The position numbers and the translations under genes were made by a program. From assembly GCA_963761305.1 (NCBI GenBank), contig CAVXGK010000001.1, forward strand, positions 576,001 through 640,000: a DNA stretch of 64,000 nucleotides, read 5' to 3'. The notes under the pieces are model-generated. The model was not told the DNA's origin, searched no databases, and saw only the letters and a list, made by a program, of their open reading frames with translations. How positions within the stretch are numbered: the first letter of the stretch is position 1; each line of letters opens with the position of its first letter. This document shows, in pieces, positions 1-9,873 of the stretch. Source of the stretch: an uncultured Gemmatimonadaceae bacterium (lineage in GTDB: Bacteria > Gemmatimonadota > Gemmatimonadetes > Gemmatimonadales > Gemmatimonadaceae).

Positions 1-328
1 CGACGTCCAGCCGCTGCTCACGCCGCGCTTCATGACCTACGGTCGCGCCGCGTTCGCGGCGACGCCGAACACGTGGCTCGCGCTGGAGACGCGCTACACC
101 AGCAAGTCGTTCCTCGACAACACCGACGATCCGCGCTACGTGCTGCCCGCGTCGCTCGACGTCGATGTCAGCGCGTCGTGGCACGTGAAGGGCTACGAGA
201 TCGTCGGCCGGATCAACAACCTGCTCGACAGGAACAACTACGGCAGCGGCTACGCAGGCGACGGCGTTCCGGATTACTACGTCGTTCCGCCGCGCAACTT
301 CTTCGTCACGCTCAAGCTCGGGTTCTAG
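1..328 (+). CDS. TonB-dependent receptor, C-terminal fragment (5' truncated by window)
   Basis: INNLLDRNNY...PPRNFFVTLKLGF, TBDR C-terminal signature ending in Phe. Confidence 0.85.
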   Translation, partial: DVQPLLTPRFMTYGRAAFAATPNTWLALETRYTSKSFLDNTDDPRYVLPASLDVDVSASWHVKGYEIVGRINNLLDRNNYGSGYAGDGVPDYYVVPPRNFFVTLKLGF

Positions 329-379
329 GCTCTTTGCGGATGCAAGGCGTTCGACACGTACTCGATCGGAGCCTTTCAA

Positions 380-552
380 CCGGGATGCATCTATCCGCGC
401 CGCGGGGAGCCGCGGAATAGACAGACACAGACGGATTCAACGGACACAAACGGGGAACCCAAAGACATGGTTGTTCGTCCGTTGGTTCCAGTTCACTCCG
501 TCGGTGTCGGTTTTCCCCGCGGCTCTCAACTGAGCAAGAGGAGGCATCCCGG
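380..552. repeat. Long imperfect inverted repeat (REP/MITE-like hairpin) between convergent genes
   Basis: Nested complementary blocks ccgggatgc/gcatcccgg, gagccgcgg/ccgcggctc, gacac/gtgtc, gacgga/tccgtc, aacgg/ccgtt. Confidence 0.75.
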
Positions 553-563
553 CAGACGAACTC

Positions 564-1553
564 CTAGGCCACACGCAGCACGACTTTGCCAAACGTGCCG
601 TTGCCGCCGAGGCGTTCGTGCGCTTCGGCGACGTCGGCGAGATCGAAGACGCTGTCGATCGTCGGGCGCAGCGCGCCCGAGGCGAGCAGCGGCACGATGT
701 CGTGCGTGAACGCGGCGGTCACGGCGCGTTTCTCTTCCACCGAACGTGAGCGCAGCATCGTGCCGCGAAGCGTGAGACGCTTGCCAAGGACCATGCCGAC
801 TGAAATCGTGGCGCTGCGGCCGGCGACCGTGCCGATGACCATGATGCGCCCTCGCGGGGCCGCGGCGCGGATGTTCACGTCGACGTAGGCGCCGCCCACG
901 AGGTCGAGGACGATCGGGACGCCCTTCCCCTCCGTCCACCGCTCGACTTCCGGTACGATCGCCTCCGGATCGCCGGTCACCGCGACGCCGTCCTCGAGGC
1001 CGAACGCGCGCGCGCGATCGATCTTGTCGGAGGTGCGCGCCGTGCCGAATGGAATCGCCTGCCACGCGCGCGCGACCTGCGTCGCCGCGAGTCCGACGCC
1101 GCTCCCCACGGCATGAATCAACACGCGCTCGCCGCTCGCGACCTGCGCTTGTGTCACCAACGCGTCGTGCGCGGTCATGAAGGCCTCGGGGATCGCGCCC
1201 GCGTCGGTCCACGCGAGTCGCTCGGGCACCGCCGCCGCGCAGCCGGCGTCCACCGTGAGAAACTCGGCGTGCCCCCCACCGGCGGTGATGCCGAACACTC
1301 GCGCACCGATCGCCCACTCGTTCACGCCGTCGCCGAGCGCCGCCACCTCGCCGGCGAACTCCAGGCCGGGGATGTCCGCCGGTGCGCCGGGCGGTGCCGG
1401 ATACCGCCCTTCGCGCTGCAGGAGATCGGCGCGGTTGAGCGCCGACGCGTGCACGCGCACGAGGACTTGGCCGCGCTCCGGCCGTGGCGTCGGACGCTCC
1501 TGCACCTCGAGCACCTCGGGACCGCCGGGGCGCGTGACGACCACGGCGCGCAT
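564..1553 (-). CDS. NAD(P)H-quinone oxidoreductase (PIG3/zeta-crystallin MDR family)
   Basis: MRAVV..GGPEVL, LNRADLLQREGRYP, GLEFAG, GKVVL; start may be slightly upstream. Confidence 0.9.
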   Translation of the reverse strand: MRAVVVTRPGGPEVLEVQERPTPRPERGQVLVRVHASALNRADLLQREGRYPAPPGAPADIPGLEFAGEVAALGDGVNEWAIGARVFGITAGGGHAEFLTVDAGCAAAVPERLAWTDAGAIPEAFMTAHDALVTQAQVASGERVLIHAVGSGVGLAATQVARAWQAIPFGTARTSDKIDRARAFGLEDGVAVTGDPEAIVPEVERWTEGKGVPIVLDLVGGAYVDVNIRAAAPRGRIMVIGTVAGRSATISVGMVLGKRLTLRGTMLRSRSVEEKRAVTAAFTHDIVPLLASGALRPTIDSVFDLADVAEAHERLGGNGTFGKVVLRVA

Positions 1554-1695
1554 CGTCCGCGGAACGGACGCGCCGCTCACGGAACGAGCACCGGGCGAGG
1601 ACCGCCGAATCGGCAAGACATGGGAGAGTTTGTTTCAGTTGTTGAATTGACGACTTGTATCGACCGTCTCTACCGACAGCTCCTATCGGTAACTT

Positions 1696-3342
1696 CTATC
1701 GACGCCGGCCCGTGCGCGATCGGGGTGCCGGCGCCGTGGCCACCGGCGGCCACGCCACGATCGCCGGCTCACTCTCGACACCGGTGGCGCTCACGGCGGT
1801 CACCGCCACCTCGTCGGGATTCGTCGCATCCATCGACTCGACGGCAAGCTGCGCCGTGCCGCCCGGCTGGATCTTCGTCGTCCAGGCGCCGCCCGCGCTC
1901 CGTACCTGAATGAGCCACCACCGCGGCGGTGCATCGTCGCCCGAGAGCATGCTCAGTGTCGTTGAGGTTGGCGTCGTGGCGATCGAAGGCGCGGGCGGCG
2001 GCGATGGACCGAGCCAGGTGAACGCCGGCACGAGCGCGCGCTGCGCGTATTCTCCGGCGAGGCTTCGCGCCACCCGCTCGTTGTCGGCGAGCAGTGCGCT
2101 CAACCGAAAGTGCACATGCCCCGGCGCGTCGGAGCCTGAGCGCGCATCGCGTATCGTCGCGATCTGCGTCTGGATCTCGTCCGTCGGCCACGAGTCGTGT
2201 CCGCCGAACACGCGCGACGTGTAGAGACCCGGCCAGACGAAGCGCCGCATCGGATTCTCCGTCAGCCACCACGAGTCGAGCGCGCGAAAGCGATCCTGCA
2301 CGCCGTCGACCTGCCAGTAGAGCTGCGGCGCGAGGTAGTCCACCCATCCCTGCTGCAGCCATCGGCGCGAATCGGCGTAGATCTCGCTGAATGAGTCGAG
2401 ACCGGTGATGCCGCTCGGCGATCCCGGCCGCCAGATGCCGAACGGGCTGATGCCGACGATCATCGTCGGCTTGATCGCTTTCACGCCCGCGTACAGCGAT
2501 TGGACGAAGTCGTCGATGTTGGCGCGGCGCCAGGCGTCGCGGTCGGTGAACCCGCGACCCGAGCCGTAGCGCTTCCACGAGCGTCCGTCGGCGAATGAAA
2601 TCTCCTCGGTGACGCGCACGCGCTTCTTCTTCACGCGCCGCGTGTAGCTGCGGCTCTCGCGATATGGATAGAAGTAGTCGTCGAGATGAATGCCGTCGAC
2701 GTCGTAGCGCCGAGCGACGTCGAGAATCGTCTCGAGCACGTACTTTCTCGCCGCGGGATTGCCCGGATCGATCCACGTTTGCGTCCCGTACTTCACGACC
2801 CAATCGGGATGTTGGCGAATGACGTGCGTCGACGCCGCTCTTCCCGGAACGCCGGGCAGCGCGGCGCGGAACGGGTTGAACCAGGCGTGGAGTTGAAGCC
2901 CGCGCGCGTGTGCCGCCTGGACTGCGAACGCCAGCGGATCGTACGACGGTCCGACGCCCGATTGTCCCGAGAGCAGCACGGACCACGGCGCGTATTTGGT
3001 CGGATAGAACGCGTCGCCGGCGACGCGCACGTGAAGGATGACCGCGTTCAGTCCGATCGCCGCCGCGTCGTCGAGCAGTTTGGTCATCTCGGCGCGCTGC
3101 TGATCGGGCGACAAGCTCGGCGCCGATGGCCAATCGCGAAAGCCGCGATCGTAAATCGGCGAGACCCACGCGGCGCGGAACTCGCGCGGCACTGCGGGCG
3201 GCGCCGCGAGCGGTGCCGGCTCCGAGGCGAGTGGTGGCGCGCCCGCGGGCGCGACCTGTGCCCCGGCGAACGACGCGATGAGCAACGTCGCGAGCGACGC
3301 GGACACAACCGCGCGAGCGATGACGGACGACCGTTTGAGCAT
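1696..3342 (-). CDS. Secreted glycoside hydrolase-like family 10 (YddW/DigH-like) protein
   Basis: REFRAAWV, LHAWFNPFR, YDVDGIHLDDYFYPY, GISPFGIW, VDYLAPQLYW; signal peptide. Confidence 0.88.
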   Translation of the reverse strand: MLKRSSVIARAVVSASLATLLIASFAGAQVAPAGAPPLASEPAPLAAPPAVPREFRAAWVSPIYDRGFRDWPSAPSLSPDQQRAEMTKLLDDAAAIGLNAVILHVRVAGDAFYPTKYAPWSVLLSGQSGVGPSYDPLAFAVQAAHARGLQLHAWFNPFRAALPGVPGRAASTHVIRQHPDWVVKYGTQTWIDPGNPAARKYVLETILDVARRYDVDGIHLDDYFYPYRESRSYTRRVKKKRVRVTEEISFADGRSWKRYGSGRGFTDRDAWRRANIDDFVQSLYAGVKAIKPTMIVGISPFGIWRPGSPSGITGLDSFSEIYADSRRWLQQGWVDYLAPQLYWQVDGVQDRFRALDSWWLTENPMRRFVWPGLYTSRVFGGHDSWPTDEIQTQIATIRDARSGSDAPGHVHFRLSALLADNERVARSLAGEYAQRALVPAFTWLGPSPPPAPSIATTPTSTTLSMLSGDDAPPRWWLIQVRSAGGAWTTKIQPGGTAQLAVESMDATNPDEVAVTAVSATGVESEPAIVAWPPVATAPAPRSRTGRRR

Positions 3343-3536
3343 CGCGTGCAACATAAGCAAGGATCGCCGCTCTAGCGGAGCGATGGCACGAACAGTGCTC
3401 TGGTTAACCACCGGCGATACCGCGAGAGGGAGACCGCGCGAGCGGCTGAAGGTGGGGCGCGGATCGTCACGGTAGGGGAGAGCAGGATGCGCGGGGAGCG
3501 AGGCCCATTGTGGCCGCTCCCCGTGCTGCTTTTCCG

Positions 3537-5123
3537 CTATCGTCCGCCGCTGCCCGTCGATCCGTTGAGCGGCGGCGTCGACGACGGCTCGCGCCGCCAC
3601 TTGGTCGTTTGCTCGTAGTCGTACACCAGCTTGATCAATCGTTCCTCGTCGAACGCTCTTCCGAAGAACGTCATGCCGGCCGGAAGCGTGTTGTCGCGCG
3701 TGTAGCCCATGGGAACGGTGATCGCCGGATTGCCGGTCGTCGGCGAGAAGACTTGGCTGTTGTCGCCGGCCGGCGTGTTGAGATCGCCGATCAATCGCGG
3801 CGGGTTGCTCCACGTCGGATAGACGAGCGCGTCGAGGTGCAGACGATCCATCGTGCGTTGAACGGCCTCGCGAAGACCGTCGCGCACGCGCTGGCGCCCC
3901 TGACATGCCGGAACGGAATCAGGCGGCAGCTTGATCGAGTCGGCGGCGACGAGCCGCATCTCGACCGACGGATGATACCGCCGGCTGCGCACGATCTCGT
4001 CGAGGTCGTGCACGGGAGCCTTGCCACCCTGCTCGGCCAGCCACGCGTTGAACTCGAACTTGAACGGGTTGCAGTTGCCGCGGTTCGATCGGCGAATCGA
4101 ATCCAGCTCGACGATCATGACGGTGTCCAACACGGTCGCGCCGGCGGTCCGCAGGTCGCGCACGGCTCGATCGAACACCGCTCGCACTTCCGGGTCGACC
4201 GTCGGTCCTTCGAATGCCTGGCGCAGAACGCCGATTCGCGCGCCGCGCAGTCCACCTCGCACCAACGCCGCCGCGTAGTTCGGCACCGGTTTTCCCTTCA
4301 CCGCTTCGGTGGCGGGATCGTCGGCGTCGTAGCCGGCGACGACCTGGAACACGGACACCGCGTCGGCCACCGTGCGCGCCATCGGTCCGGCGATGTCGGC
4401 GAACAGGCTCAACGGCGCGATGCCGGCGCGACTGGTGAGCCCCATCGTCGAGCGAATGCCGACGAGTGCCTGGTGCGAGCTCGGCCCGCGAATCGAGTTG
4501 CCCGTGTCGGTGCCGAGGCCGACCTCGCCGAGATCGGCGGCGACGGCCGCGGCGGTGCCGCCCGACGATCCGGCGGTGACACGGTCGAGGGCGAACGGAT
4601 TCCGCGTGTATCCCGGAAGGACCGAATTCACCGTCTCGACGGGACTGAAGGCGAATTCCGCCATGTTAGACTTTGCTAACACGATCGCGCCCGCCTCTTT
4701 GATGCGCTTGACCTCGAACGCGTCCTTGGACGGCGTGTAGCCCTTGAGCGCGAGATTGCCCGCCGCGGTTTGCAGCCCGATCGTCTGGAAGTTGTCCTTC
4801 ACGATCATCGGCACGCAGTGGAGCGGGCCGACGAGCTGCCGGGTCGCGGCGAACCGGCGGTCGAGCGAGTCGGCAGTCGCCAACGCATCGGGATTCACGA
4901 CGGTGATGGCGTTGATCGCCGGCCCCTGCTTGTCGTATGCGGCGATGCGATCCAGGTACGCTTGTACGAGCGCGTGGCAGGTGAGTGCTCCGCTCCGGAT
5001 CGCGGCGTGGACGTCGGCGATCGTGGTCTCGTCGACACGAAAGGCGCGCTGCCCCTGCGACGAACTCGGAACGATCGCCGCGGCGATCGACAGCGCGCAC
5101 GATACCAGTCGGCGACTACGCAT
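3537..5123 (-). CDS. Secreted amidase-signature family protein
   Basis: VKDNF, GSSGGTAAAVAA, GTDTGNSIRGPSS; signal peptide; TACAAT and AAAGGA upstream. Confidence 0.9.
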   Translation of the reverse strand: MRSRRLVSCALSIAAAIVPSSSQGQRAFRVDETTIADVHAAIRSGALTCHALVQAYLDRIAAYDKQGPAINAITVVNPDALATADSLDRRFAATRQLVGPLHCVPMIVKDNFQTIGLQTAAGNLALKGYTPSKDAFEVKRIKEAGAIVLAKSNMAEFAFSPVETVNSVLPGYTRNPFALDRVTAGSSGGTAAAVAADLGEVGLGTDTGNSIRGPSSHQALVGIRSTMGLTSRAGIAPLSLFADIAGPMARTVADAVSVFQVVAGYDADDPATEAVKGKPVPNYAAALVRGGLRGARIGVLRQAFEGPTVDPEVRAVFDRAVRDLRTAGATVLDTVMIVELDSIRRSNRGNCNPFKFEFNAWLAEQGGKAPVHDLDEIVRSRRYHPSVEMRLVAADSIKLPPDSVPACQGRQRVRDGLREAVQRTMDRLHLDALVYPTWSNPPRLIGDLNTPAGDNSQVFSPTTGNPAITVPMGYTRDNTLPAGMTFFGRAFDEERLIKLVYDYEQTTKWRREPSSTPPLNGSTGSGGR

Positions 5124-5266
5124 ATGCACCAGGTCCTTTGGGTTATTGGCTGGCGGACATTGTACGCGGTGCGAGCCGCCCCGCAAAGCCTTGCTGCGTC
5201 ACGAACGCGGCTTGCGGCCCGCGCCGGGCCCCAGTCATCCTCCTAGCGCCCACTCCGGAGATCAAA

Positions 5267-5890
5267 ATGCTTCGCCTCGTCGGACGTGCCGCGGCGCTCG
5301 CGGCGCTCGGATCGGTCGTGCACGCCCAGCAACCGGCGGCGCCCCCGCCCCCGCCCCTGCGCATGGCGCCCAGCAGCTTTGCCAGCGTCGAAGTGCATCT
5401 CAACTCACGGCCGATCGGCGGCGAGTGGTACGCCGAAGACGCCTCGTTCACCGGTCCGGCGCGCATCGCCATCACGTACGGACAGCCGCACGCGCGCGGC
5501 CGAAAGATCATCGGCGGGCTGATCCCGAACGACACCGTGTGGCGATTCGGCGCGAACGCGGCGACCGCGCTCCACACCGATCTCGACATCTCGATCGGAT
5601 CGCTGAACGTCCCTCGAGGCGACTACACGCTGTTCCTCCTCCACGCGGGTACGGCGTGGGATCTGATCGTCAATTCGCAGACGTCGATGTGGGGCACGGA
5701 CCGCGACGCGTCGAAGGACATCGGCCGCGTGCGCATGACCGCGCGCACGCTCACCGACAACGAGGACGCGCTGTCCGTTTACCTCATTCCTGATTCCACG
5801 AATCCCCAGCGGGGCGCAAACCCCAACGGCGTGCTCCGCATCAAGTGGGGAACGGTCGAGCTCTCGGCACCCTGGAAGGTCAAGACGTGA
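5267..5890 (+). CDS. DUF2911 family secreted protein
   Basis: YGQPHARGRKIIGGLIP..VWRFGANAAT, GDYTLF; GGAG RBS. Confidence 0.8.
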   Translation: MLRLVGRAAALAALGSVVHAQQPAAPPPPPLRMAPSSFASVEVHLNSRPIGGEWYAEDASFTGPARIAITYGQPHARGRKIIGGLIPNDTVWRFGANAATALHTDLDISIGSLNVPRGDYTLFLLHAGTAWDLIVNSQTSMWGTDRDASKDIGRVRMTARTLTDNEDALSVYLIPDSTNPQRGANPNGVLRIKWGTVELSAPWKVKT

Positions 5891-6063
5891 CCAATGGCGA
5901 CGCGATCGCTCGGCTCGGGTTATTGTTGCTCATCGCGACGCCGGTCGCCCGTGTGGCATTCACGCTGGTGGCGTTCGCGTTGCAGCGCGATCGGACCTAG
6001 GTCGTCGTCACGATGATCGTTCTGGCGGTGCTGGTGTATGCGTTGGCATTCGGCAAAGGATGA
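5887..6063 (+). pseudogene. DUF1634-like membrane protein remnant (C-terminal half) with in-frame TAG at 5998-6000
   Basis: Translates as ..GDAIARLGLLLLIATPVARVAFTLVAFALQRDRT*VVVTMIVLAVLVYALAFGKG*. Confidence 0.65.
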
Positions 6064-6794
6064 TGAAGCGTCATCACGCGGTCGTCCGCATCACGCATTG
6101 GGTCAACGTCGTCGCGCTCACGATCATGGTCGCGAGCGGACTGCAGATTTTCGACGCGTACCCGGCCTTCGCGCGCCGCGGTGAGACCTTCTGCTGTTAT
6201 CCGTTCGCGCACGACCGGATCCCGGCGAGTCTCACGTTCGGCGGGTGGCTGGCCGGCGCGCGCAACTGGCACTTCGCGATGATGTGGGTGCTCGTCGTGA
6301 ACGGGCTCGTCTACCTCGGCTTCATCTACACCCACGGCGAGTGGCGCGACCTCGTTCCCCGGCGCGGCCTGGCGCGCGACGCGTGGGAGATGGTGCGCTT
6401 CTATCTCACGATTCGCAAAGACCACCCGCGCCAAGGCAAGCACAACGCGCTCCAGCGTCTCACGTACTTCTCGTTCCCGGTCGTGGGCGCGATCGCCGTG
6501 ATCACCGGAATCGCCATCTGGAAACCGGTGCAGCTCGCATTTCTCACGCACCTCCTCGGCGGGTACGTGTGGGCGAGATACTGGCATTTTCTCGCCATGG
6601 TGCTGCTCGTGGCCCTCTCGTTCGCGCACATCTTTATGGTGTTCGCGGTCGATCCCTACTCGATGGTGTCGATGGTGACCGGGAACTACAAAGAGCAGTG
6701 GTCGCCCGAAGAGCGAAACGCGCGTCCGTTCGTCCACCTGCTGCCGCAGCACGAGAACGCGGTGACGCCACCGCCCCCACCACCCGCCGCATGA
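6060..6794 (+). CDS. Cytochrome b/b6-domain membrane subunit (Ni/Fe-hydrogenase b-type, YdhU-like)
   Basis: RITHWVN, GGWLAGARNWHF, KHNALQR, ARYWHF...FAHI heme His residues. Confidence 0.85.
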   Translation: MMKRHHAVVRITHWVNVVALTIMVASGLQIFDAYPAFARRGETFCCYPFAHDRIPASLTFGGWLAGARNWHFAMMWVLVVNGLVYLGFIYTHGEWRDLVPRRGLARDAWEMVRFYLTIRKDHPRQGKHNALQRLTYFSFPVVGAIAVITGIAIWKPVQLAFLTHLLGGYVWARYWHFLAMVLLVALSFAHIFMVFAVDPYSMVSMVTGNYKEQWSPEERNARPFVHLLPQHENAVTPPPPPPAA

Positions 6795-7552
6795 ACGACG
6801 CGCCTGCACCGCGACGCGCGTCGCACATTGCCGAGCGAGTCGGCATCGACCGCCGGCGCTTTCTTCTCGCGACCGGCGGCGCGCTCGGCGCGGCGGTGCT
6901 GGCCGCCTGCGACTCGATGGGCCCCAAGTCGGCGACGGGACTGCTCAAGTTCGCCGAGCGAAAGAACGAATCACTCGAGCGCGTCCTGTTTCGCCACACG
7001 TCGATGGACGTGCCGTCGGCGAGCGCGAAGAATGCGGGATCGCATTTTCCGTCGTACTTCATCTCGAAGCAGGTGCCGGTGTGGGACGAATCGACGCGCG
7101 GCGTGTGGCGCCTTCAAGTCGGCGGCATGGTGAAGAATCCACTGAGTCTCTCGCTCGCCGACCTGGCCTCACTCCCGCGGACGGGCTACCGGCTCGACCA
7201 CTTCTGCGTCGAAGGCTGGACCGCCGTCGCGTTGCGCACCGGCGTGGCGCTCGCCGACCTCGCGCGGCTCGCCGGCGTGCAGCCGGGGGCGCAGTACGTC
7301 GACTTCCAGTCGTTCGACGACGACTATCACGAGAGCTGGGACATCGATAGCGCGATGCATCCGCAGACGCTCGTGGTGTACGCGCAGGACGGGCACTACC
7401 TGAACCCGTCGTGGGGCGCGCCGGCGCGGATCTACTCGCCGGTCAAGCTCGGGTACAAGAACACGAAGTACCTGACGCGCATCCTGTTCCTGCCGCGCCG
7501 AACGGGCGGCTATTGGAGCGACCAGGGCTACGAGTGGTACGGCGGCGTGTAG
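6791..7552 (+). CDS. Tat-exported molybdopterin-dependent oxidoreductase (sulfite oxidase/MsrP-like)
   Basis: DRRRFL Tat motif, HFCVEGW, HPQTL, GAPAR.YSPVKLGYKNTKYL, GGYWSDQGY; ATGA overlap with cytochrome b. Confidence 0.88.
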   Translation: MNDAPAPRRASHIAERVGIDRRRFLLATGGALGAAVLAACDSMGPKSATGLLKFAERKNESLERVLFRHTSMDVPSASAKNAGSHFPSYFISKQVPVWDESTRGVWRLQVGGMVKNPLSLSLADLASLPRTGYRLDHFCVEGWTAVALRTGVALADLARLAGVQPGAQYVDFQSFDDDYHESWDIDSAMHPQTLVVYAQDGHYLNPSWGAPARIYSPVKLGYKNTKYLTRILFLPRRTGGYWSDQGYEWYGGV

Positions 7553-7565
7553 GGACGGCCGCCGT

Positions 7566-8027
7566 CTACTGCTTGGTGAGCTTGTAGAGGTAGGTGATCT
7601 GCGGCGGCGACACGCCGGGTTCGATGAACGTAAGTTGGCCGCTCGCCCACGTGGCCTGGTCCTTCGTGCTGTCTGCGCTGTTCGTGAACTGGATCGTCGT
7701 GCTGCCCGAGGGCATGACCCATGTTCCACCCGTGCTGTCGCTGTACGTGTCGAGCACGCCCGGCAGTGTCTCGCGGTAATTGGTGATGATCGAATATTGC
7801 CCGGCGGTCGTGAGAGTGATCGTTCCCGACATGACCTCGAGCTTGAAGCCGCCCGTGTCGGAGAAGATCGCGGCGGGCAACGACGAGCCGTTGATCGTCG
7901 TGATCGCGTACGAACCGTCGGGCGTCTTCTGCGGGCCGGTCCCGTTCCCGGGGCCGGTCGTCGACGGCGAGTCGCTGCCGCAGGCGACGATCAGGATCGA
8001 CGCCGCGACCGCGCAGAAAACCGACAC
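7566..8027 (-). CDS. Hypothetical lipoprotein (start uncertain)
   Basis: Lipobox IVAC followed by Ser/Thr/Gly linker; coding-like codon usage. Confidence 0.65.
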   Translation of the reverse strand: MSVFCAVAASILIVACGSDSPSTTGPGNGTGPQKTPDGSYAITTINGSSLPAAIFSDTGGFKLEVMSGTITLTTAGQYSIITNYRETLPGVLDTYSDSTGGTWVMPSGSTTIQFTNSADSTKDQATWASGQLTFIEPGVSPPQITYLYKLTKQ

Positions 8028-8141
8028 CGCGCGGCCTCGGCCGAGCGATGCCTTTCTTGCACGGTTTCTTGAACCATGATCGGAGCGTCCTGCTGACATA
8101 TGGCCCATAACGTTTCCTCGTTCCCTCGCGTCTACCGATTC

Positions 8142-8516
8142 GTGCGTCGCCATCGTCGTTTCGCCGCCGCGGCGGCCCCCGTTCGTTTCGCGCTGAGCGC
8201 GCTCGTCATCGCGTGCGCGACTTCACCGGATTCGAAGAGCTCCACCAATCAGACGTTCGACATCTTCACCGTTGGCGACGCCTTCAGTCCTGTCTTCGCA
8301 ACCGTGACGGCCGGCGACACCGTTCGATGGACCTTCACCGGCGGGTCGGACGGCCAAGGCCACAACGTTCGCTTCACTCCCGTGATCGCCGGATCACCGA
8401 CGGACATCAACGTTCTCAAAACCGGCACCGCGAGCCGCGTCTTTCCAACCCGCGGAACGTTCGACTACGTGTGCGACGTGCACCCCGGCATGGACGGCAG
8501 CATCACCGTGCAGTGA
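8142..8516 (+). CDS. Cupredoxin (plastocyanin/amicyanin-like) lipoprotein
   Basis: GHNV...YVCDVHPGMDG type-1 Cu ligands; lipobox VIAC; start uncertain. Confidence 0.82.
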   Translation: MRRHRRFAAAAAPVRFALSALVIACATSPDSKSSTNQTFDIFTVGDAFSPVFATVTAGDTVRWTFTGGSDGQGHNVRFTPVIAGSPTDINVLKTGTASRVFPTRGTFDYVCDVHPGMDGSITVQ

Positions 8517-8546
8517 GCGCCACCGTCGTCGGGCGGGGGAACGAGC

Positions 8547-9860
8547 CTAGCGCGTGACGCCGAGCGGCGTCGGGGTCCACGACGGGAAGACGAAATCCAG
8601 GTTCGAGTTGCCCAGCCGCTTTTGCACGATCTCGGAGAGGATGTCGCGGTAGTCCACCGTCACCTGCAGATCCTGTCCGTCGGCCAGCTTCGCCGTGGCG
8701 AGCGTGGGCCAGTTCTTCGTCAACACGCGCCCGCCGGCGATGCCCTTGCCCATGGCGAACATCGTCGTGCCGCGGCCGTGATCCGTGCCGGCGCTGCCGT
8801 TCTCGCGCACGTTACGTCCGAATTCCGAGACGACGACGACGGTCACCGGGAATCCGGTCGCGATAACGTCGGCGTAGAACGCACCGAGCGAATTGGAGAA
8901 GTCGGCCATCGTCTTGGCCATCGAACCGGCGATCGGGTCCTGCGCGGAGTGAGTATCCCAGCCGCCGATGTCGATCTGTGCCGCTTCGATGCCGACGTTC
9001 GCCTTGATCAGCACGGCGGCTGAGCGAAGCGCTCTCCCGAACGAGCTGCCATTCGGGTAGACGGCGCCGTTGGCCGGCGTGTATCCGTTGAAGTTCACCG
9101 ATTTGAGCAGACCGATCGTGTTCGTGGCGTTGAGCGCCGACGGGCCGACCGGGTCGGGGACGCCGCTATAGTCGCCCTGCAGGAAGGCGACGCGCGCCGC
9201 CTGCGTGGCGCTTGATCCGCCGATCGAATAGTTCGTCGGGTCGGCGATGGGCAGCGTCAACGGGCCGCCGACGAGCGTCTGCTGCAGCCCGTTCGAGACG
9301 CCGATGGCGCGCAGCGGCGCCGTCGGATTGAGCGGCGGAATGCTGGCGAGATGGCGCCCGAGCCAACCCGTGATGATCGTCGGGTCGACCGGCTTGCCAA
9401 CTTCCATGTAGCGCTGGGCGTCGAAGTGCGAGCGAGACACGTTGAGCTGCCCGGTCGCGTGCACGACCAGGAGATCCTGGCCCTGAAACGCGGGCATGAG
9501 GCCGCCGGTTCCGGCCACCGTTCCCCCGGCCATCGCCTGCGGGAACATGAAGAAGCCGTCGAGATTCACGCCGCGCGTGGACGCGGTGGCATCCGGGCGC
9601 GGAATGCCGATCGTCGGACGCGCCGTGTAGTAGTTCGGGTCGGCGAACGGCACCGCGATACTCAGCCCGTCGGCGCCGCCGCGCTGGAAGATCGAGATGA
9701 TGATGTCGCGGCTGGACGAGAAGTCCTTCGCCATGACGATCTTCGGAAGCCACGCCGGGAACAACGCCGCCGCCGACACACCGGCGCCGGCCGCGATGAA
9801 CTGGCGGCGGGACAGCTCGTTGTATTCCTGGCAGCCGCAGTCGATGTCGTGTTCGGTCAT
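8547..9860 (-). CDS. DUF1501 family Tat-exported protein
   Basis: SRRQF, FQRGGADGL, RSHFDAQ, GGWDTH, SEFGR..RENG..GTDHG. Confidence 0.88.
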   Translation of the reverse strand: MTEHDIDCGCQEYNELSRRQFIAAGAGVSAAALFPAWLPKIVMAKDFSSSRDIIISIFQRGGADGLSIAVPFADPNYYTARPTIGIPRPDATASTRGVNLDGFFMFPQAMAGGTVAGTGGLMPAFQGQDLLVVHATGQLNVSRSHFDAQRYMEVGKPVDPTIITGWLGRHLASIPPLNPTAPLRAIGVSNGLQQTLVGGPLTLPIADPTNYSIGGSSATQAARVAFLQGDYSGVPDPVGPSALNATNTIGLLKSVNFNGYTPANGAVYPNGSSFGRALRSAAVLIKANVGIEAAQIDIGGWDTHSAQDPIAGSMAKTMADFSNSLGAFYADVIATGFPVTVVVVSEFGRNVRENGSAGTDHGRGTTMFAMGKGIAGGRVLTKNWPTLATAKLADGQDLQVTVDYRDILSEIVQKRLGNSNLDFVFPSWTPTPLGVTR

Positions 9861-9873
9861 CGTGTGCTCCGGG

